Below are positions 59,345-64,000 of a stretch of DNA of 64,000 nt, one piece after another. The position numbers were made by a program, and so were the translations under genes. Source of the stretch: the human T2T-CHM13v2.0 reference genome, Homo sapiens; the NCBI RefSeq assembly GCF_009914755.1, contig NC_060928.1. One strand, 5' to 3'. The number at the start of each line of letters is the position of its first letter. Position 1 is the first letter of the stretch. The notes under the pieces were generated by a model. It saw nothing but the letters and a program-made list of their open reading frames with translations. It was not told the DNA's origin and did not search any database.

Positions 59345-59825
59345 ATTTATGGTATCTTTTTTTTCCATAGGTTTTTGGGGGAACAGGTGGTGTTTGGTTA
59401 CATGAATGAGTTCTTTTTTTCTTTCTTTGTTTTTTTTTTTTTTTTTTTTTAAGATGGAGTTTTGTTCTTGTTACCCAGACTGGAGTGCAATGACATGGTC
59501 TTGGCTCACTGCAACCTCCACCTCCCGGAGTCAAGCAATTCTCTTGCCTCAGCCTCCTGAGTAGCTGGGATTACAGGCACCCACCACCACACCTGGCTAA
59601 CGTTTTTGTATTTTTAGTAGAGATGGGGTTTCACCATGTTGGCCAGGCTGGCCTCGAACTCCTGACCTCAGGTCATCCTCCACCTCGACCTCCCAAAGTG
59701 CTGAGATTACAGGCATGAGCCACCGCGCCCGGCTGAATAAGTTATAGTGGTGATTTCTGAGATTTTGGTGTTCTCATCACCCGAGCAGTAGATACTGTAT
59801 GAAATTTGTAGTCTTTTATCCCTTA
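59345..59825 (-). mobile_element. Short L1PB-type 3' end split by an Alu
   Basis: 'ataggtttttgggggaacaggtggtgtttggttacatgaat' ... 'tagtggtgatttctgagattttggtg'. Confidence 0.8.
59413..59733 (-). mobile_element. Alu (AluS-type)
   Basis: Poly(T) followed by reverse Alu ending 'ccaccgcgcccggc'; near-TSD tgaatgagtt / tgaataagtt. Confidence 0.95.
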
Positions 59826-61489
59826 CCTTTTCAGAAAAAAAAGTGTTCCCATTAGCATATATTTGTATTTATACTTAATTCTTATCTCCATGAGCTAGAA
59901 ATTTGTATGACCCTATAAAAATAATTTCTTAATAATTATCAAAGTGAATGAATGAGTCAATGATGTGATCACATTCCTAAATAGTTTCTTCATACTTCTG
60001 GTAAACACCAGACTTCTGTCTATGACCTTTGAGGACCTACAGTGTCCCTGCCCACCTCTGCAGCCTCAGTGAGCGTGATGATCTGTTCAGCTTCAGCTAC
60101 ATTCAACTTAATTTGGTTCTTGGAATTTCCATACTTTTTCACATATTTACTACTTTTACTGTGTTGCATGCTCCTCCTAATATCTGTGAGCTTAGAGCAG
60201 GAGTAGGCTCATGGAGAAAACTACCTTGTATTTAAAATGTTAATTATATAATTATAAAAGCTAATAAATCTAATAAACTATAAAATAAAATGTCTTAATA
60301 AAAATGAAACTTAGAAATGTATATAAAGTTCAGATTTTTATCTGACTGAAATTATGACAAAATTGTCCAAGACAACTAAATTTATTATTGTACAAGTTTC
60401 AGGGTTTTGTTGAAGGGAGATTGATATTTATGCACCTAATAATTAAAAGTAGTGATTTTGTTAAAATGAAGGTAATGAAGGTTAACAAAATATATATGAC
60501 GTTTTAACAAAATTTCCATCCCTGTTCTTTCAACAAAACACCTAGGCTTATTCAAGGATAATTAAATTTCTTCAAAACTATTATTAAATGTAAAAGGCAA
60601 ATTATAAATAATGAAAAATAAAAAATACAAATCAAAGTTACTTAAGTTAAACTGAATCTAAACACTGAAAATGTAGCAAAACATTATATATCTTTATAAA
60701 AATGAATGCTATATTTAACTTCAATTTTGTTGCCAAAATAAATAACCGATGCAACACTTCACTAATATTTCATCTAACATTATAAATTTAAGAATGATAT
60801 GAATTTTTAATACTGTAAAGTGCTCTTCAACCACTATTTGCCATCACTGTGAATGCAGTGTTAATTCATGAGTACTTTAGTTCCACACAATGGAATGTGA
60901 AAAGAAACAAGAAAATAGGCTGTCAGCACTACTAGGAAAGAAGAATTCTTTATGTAAGAATTGATTAAGTTCTTACTATCTGAGAAGAAGAATTTGACAG
61001 TTAATAAATGTGTCTTTTTACTTACCTAACAGCTCCCACTGATCAAATCTTCACTGAGCTATAAACCTATGTCTAATTTTGACATTGGCAATGGGAAAAT
61101 CTATAAACCCTCACAGCATTCAGACATAGTCACCTTGTGTTTCAAGCATATGGGGAACGAATTGTGGAGTTTTCCTGGGCCACCAATGACAGTGGTGAGG
61201 ATGATTACTTGAGGTTATGGGCTGTACTGTATCTGTGCAAATCTCTATCCTGAGTGCTACTTCTGAGCCTGCACACTCTTTATTAAATTTATTTTGCTTG
61301 CATTTGTAATATTCAGAGTGTCTATTGCACAGTACCAAGGATCATAAAGTCTTTATATGTCATACATTTTCCCTCTCCATAGAAATATCCTGCATTGTAA
61401 ATGCCTACATATCTTTCAGAGCTCATTCAAATATTAATTTCCCAGAAAGCTTTTCTGAAGCCATGGACTAGGTCAGTGTGTTCAGTGTA

Positions 61490-63355
61490 CCAGTCAGTAT
61501 ATTTTAAACTGCCTGCTATAATAAGAACACTCCAATATCTCCATGACTTTACACAAAGAAAATTCATTTCTCAATCACCCAAACTGTGATGCAAGATAGA
61601 CATCCTTCATCCACCTTGAACCAACCTCATGTGGATTACATGGCTCCATGGCTACTGAAGAGGAGGAAGGGAGAGATGGAGGCAACATGCTGACGACTGT
61701 TTGTTCTGACCCCGAACTGACTATCATTTACCTTCAATCCATTGATCAAAACTAGCACCATTCCTAACTCTAAGGTATGCTGCAAAATACGAAAGGACTC
61801 ATAGATAACCACTAAGAAATAATTCAGGCAATCTTTCTGTTTACCAAGTATCCCTTTGTTTTGTTCTTTCCATCAAAAGAACAGTTCCTGACTTCTCTGA
61901 GAGAATCCACACAAAGTCCCCTCTTATTAATGTATCCACGTAAACATCTAAGATTGCTAAATGATGCAGTAACCTCTTCGTCACCTGTGGAATTTTCTTT
62001 CTTCAGTCAAAAGAGATACATAAATGAAAATTACTTCCACCTTCACACACCACATGCTCAAAATAAAGTGGTGAAATATGAAGTGGAAAACTGCAATAAT
62101 CACTTTATTAAGAAAGAGAAAAGATGAGAAGATGTAGCGATCACTGATCCTTAGCAATTCTAAAGTCCCATTGGTCAGGCATTAGTAAAGCCTGCTATCT
62201 TTAGGGTGTAGGGGAATTCTTTAAGGAGGATTTGAATCCTTTCTCCAGAGAAGCCCCTTTGTCTTTATCTACTTTTTTGTGTGTGTATAAAGAGGGTTTG
62301 AAAGACTACATCCTTGAGTGCTGTTCAGCTTTCACAGCCTTTTCCTTGTGAAAAGTATAAATGCCTAAATAATGTTTTAAGGCTGATAAAGTTAAAAATT
62401 TTGTAAAATTTGGATTTGTGATTTCTTTGGCAATCGAATTATTCAAGACTATTGTAAGCTTTTGTCTATGGTTTCCAGTCTCTTCCATCTTCCATTAAAT
62501 GCAGTCAAGTTCCTTCCTGGTGACAGGCTCAAGTGTGATTCCTTTGCTTCCTTGCCCCGTGGGCATCTGCCTTACTCTAATGCTGGCTTCCTTGAAGCCA
62601 TTAGATTTGCTTGGGGAAGGTCAACCACTTCATCAGACTTTTGCTCTGAGTCACTTGATCCAACTGAGAGTTCGGTATCTGCCACACCTTAAATCTCATT
62701 TTTCTTTGAATGCAATTGAGCCATTTTTATTGACCATTTTTAATTTTTCTGTTAACCTTTGCATTTAACATTTTAAAAAGTCAACACCAAAACAAAACAC
62801 AATCTTAATTTCTTCCTGAATTATCTTCTTTCTTGTAATCACATACCAAACATAGACAAGAGGTGTTAAATTGCATTACTAATCTTATATTTTTCAAGTT
62901 ATTCCTCATATCAACTTTTATACATATTTTGGCTGATAATTTTCTTAAAGTATTTACTGTTTCATTTTCTATTCTCCAACTTGTTTTTTTTTTTTTTAAC
63001 TACCTACTTCCCCTAAAACTCTGCCACACATTTGAATTTCTTAAAGCAGCAACCCATTTCAAGGTAGCAAAATTTCTACCTTAGTAAGGCTAGGCAACGT
63101 CCAACTTGGTTTGCATGGCCATTTTCTGTCATGGATCTGTGCCATCTGAAACATACAGCCTCCAAAGTCACTATGAAAGAGACATGTAAAGCAGACAAAC
63201 CATCTCAGCTCATAGGAGACACATATTGTTATCTGCATATTATTCGTTGACTGAACTCATTGCATGTTTCCAAAATGTTTGTAATGGGTACTGGGAAATA
63301 AAAAGGAGCTTATTGGACACCAGTGCACATCAACTGTCTATGCCAGTGTCTATCT
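61490..63355. mobile_element. Ancient MLT1-type MaLR remnant, possibly LTR-internal-LTR
   Basis: LTR-like motifs at 61490-61790 ('ctgctataataagaacactccaatatctccatgactttacacaaag') and 63080-63350. Highly degraded. Confidence 0.4.
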
Positions 63356-64000
63356 TAAGATTTCAAAACCCAGTATTATTTTGGTAGGATTTGCTTTTAT
63401 TTTTATTCACTCAGATCTGACCTCATAGTTAGCATACCTGTCCCTTTTCCCCAAGCTTCCAGCAAATCATATCCAGAAGCCAGATGTCAATTTCCTGCTC
63501 CATCCAAAATACAGCCCTGAAGCCAAGCTCACAAAACAAACAAGCAAACAAAAAAACTTACCTAGAGAGAGCAAGCTCCCAAATAGCCTTCTTTACCTGT
63601 TAGTTCAGGGGTGGGATGGGGGCAGACGTAGATCCAAAATGCTTTCTTAATATATGTTTTCTTTGACTTTTTCTCAATTTGGGAAATATTTTAATCTATT
63701 TGTATAAATATTGGGCACACATACATTCACATATATAAATTTTCATAAATATGCAAATTTTTAATTTTCTGCTGTTTTTTATGCCTTACTTCTCTTTTCT
63801 CTTTATTCTTCATCTCCATACGCAACAGTTTCTGTTACCATAACCAGAAACCCATACAAAAACCCTATATATTTTTATCAATCCTCCTATAACTATATAG
63901 ATACATATTTGTGTATATGCATGTATTAAACACATATAAAAGCTTATTTTGGCAATTATTTTAGAGACTTATATGTATCTTACTACTTCATATATATAAA

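Overview
Primate (almost certainly human: AluY and an L1HS-Ta copy are present) AT-rich intergenic or intronic DNA. I can support no host protein-coding exon. Most of the window is nested retroelements: L1 of several ages, six Alus, L2/MIR, ERV1 LTRs, a THE1 element, MLT2, MST and MLT1. Two features stand out. (1) A full-length L1HS-Ta at 35833-41864 with a 13-bp TSD, intact ORF1 and ORF0, and an ORF2 broken by a single nonsense codon. (2) An ~11.7-kb array of 135 nearly identical 87-bp units (45818-57558) enclosed by ~290-bp, ~97%-identical inverted repeats that look L2-derived. Each unit carries its own small hairpin, a miniature of the apex of the large fold-back, and the one common variable base (T/C) sits at that hairpin's bulge. 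The multi-kilobase ORFs over the array are by-products of the 29-codon period. Subfamily names are from recalled consensus features, not database searches.
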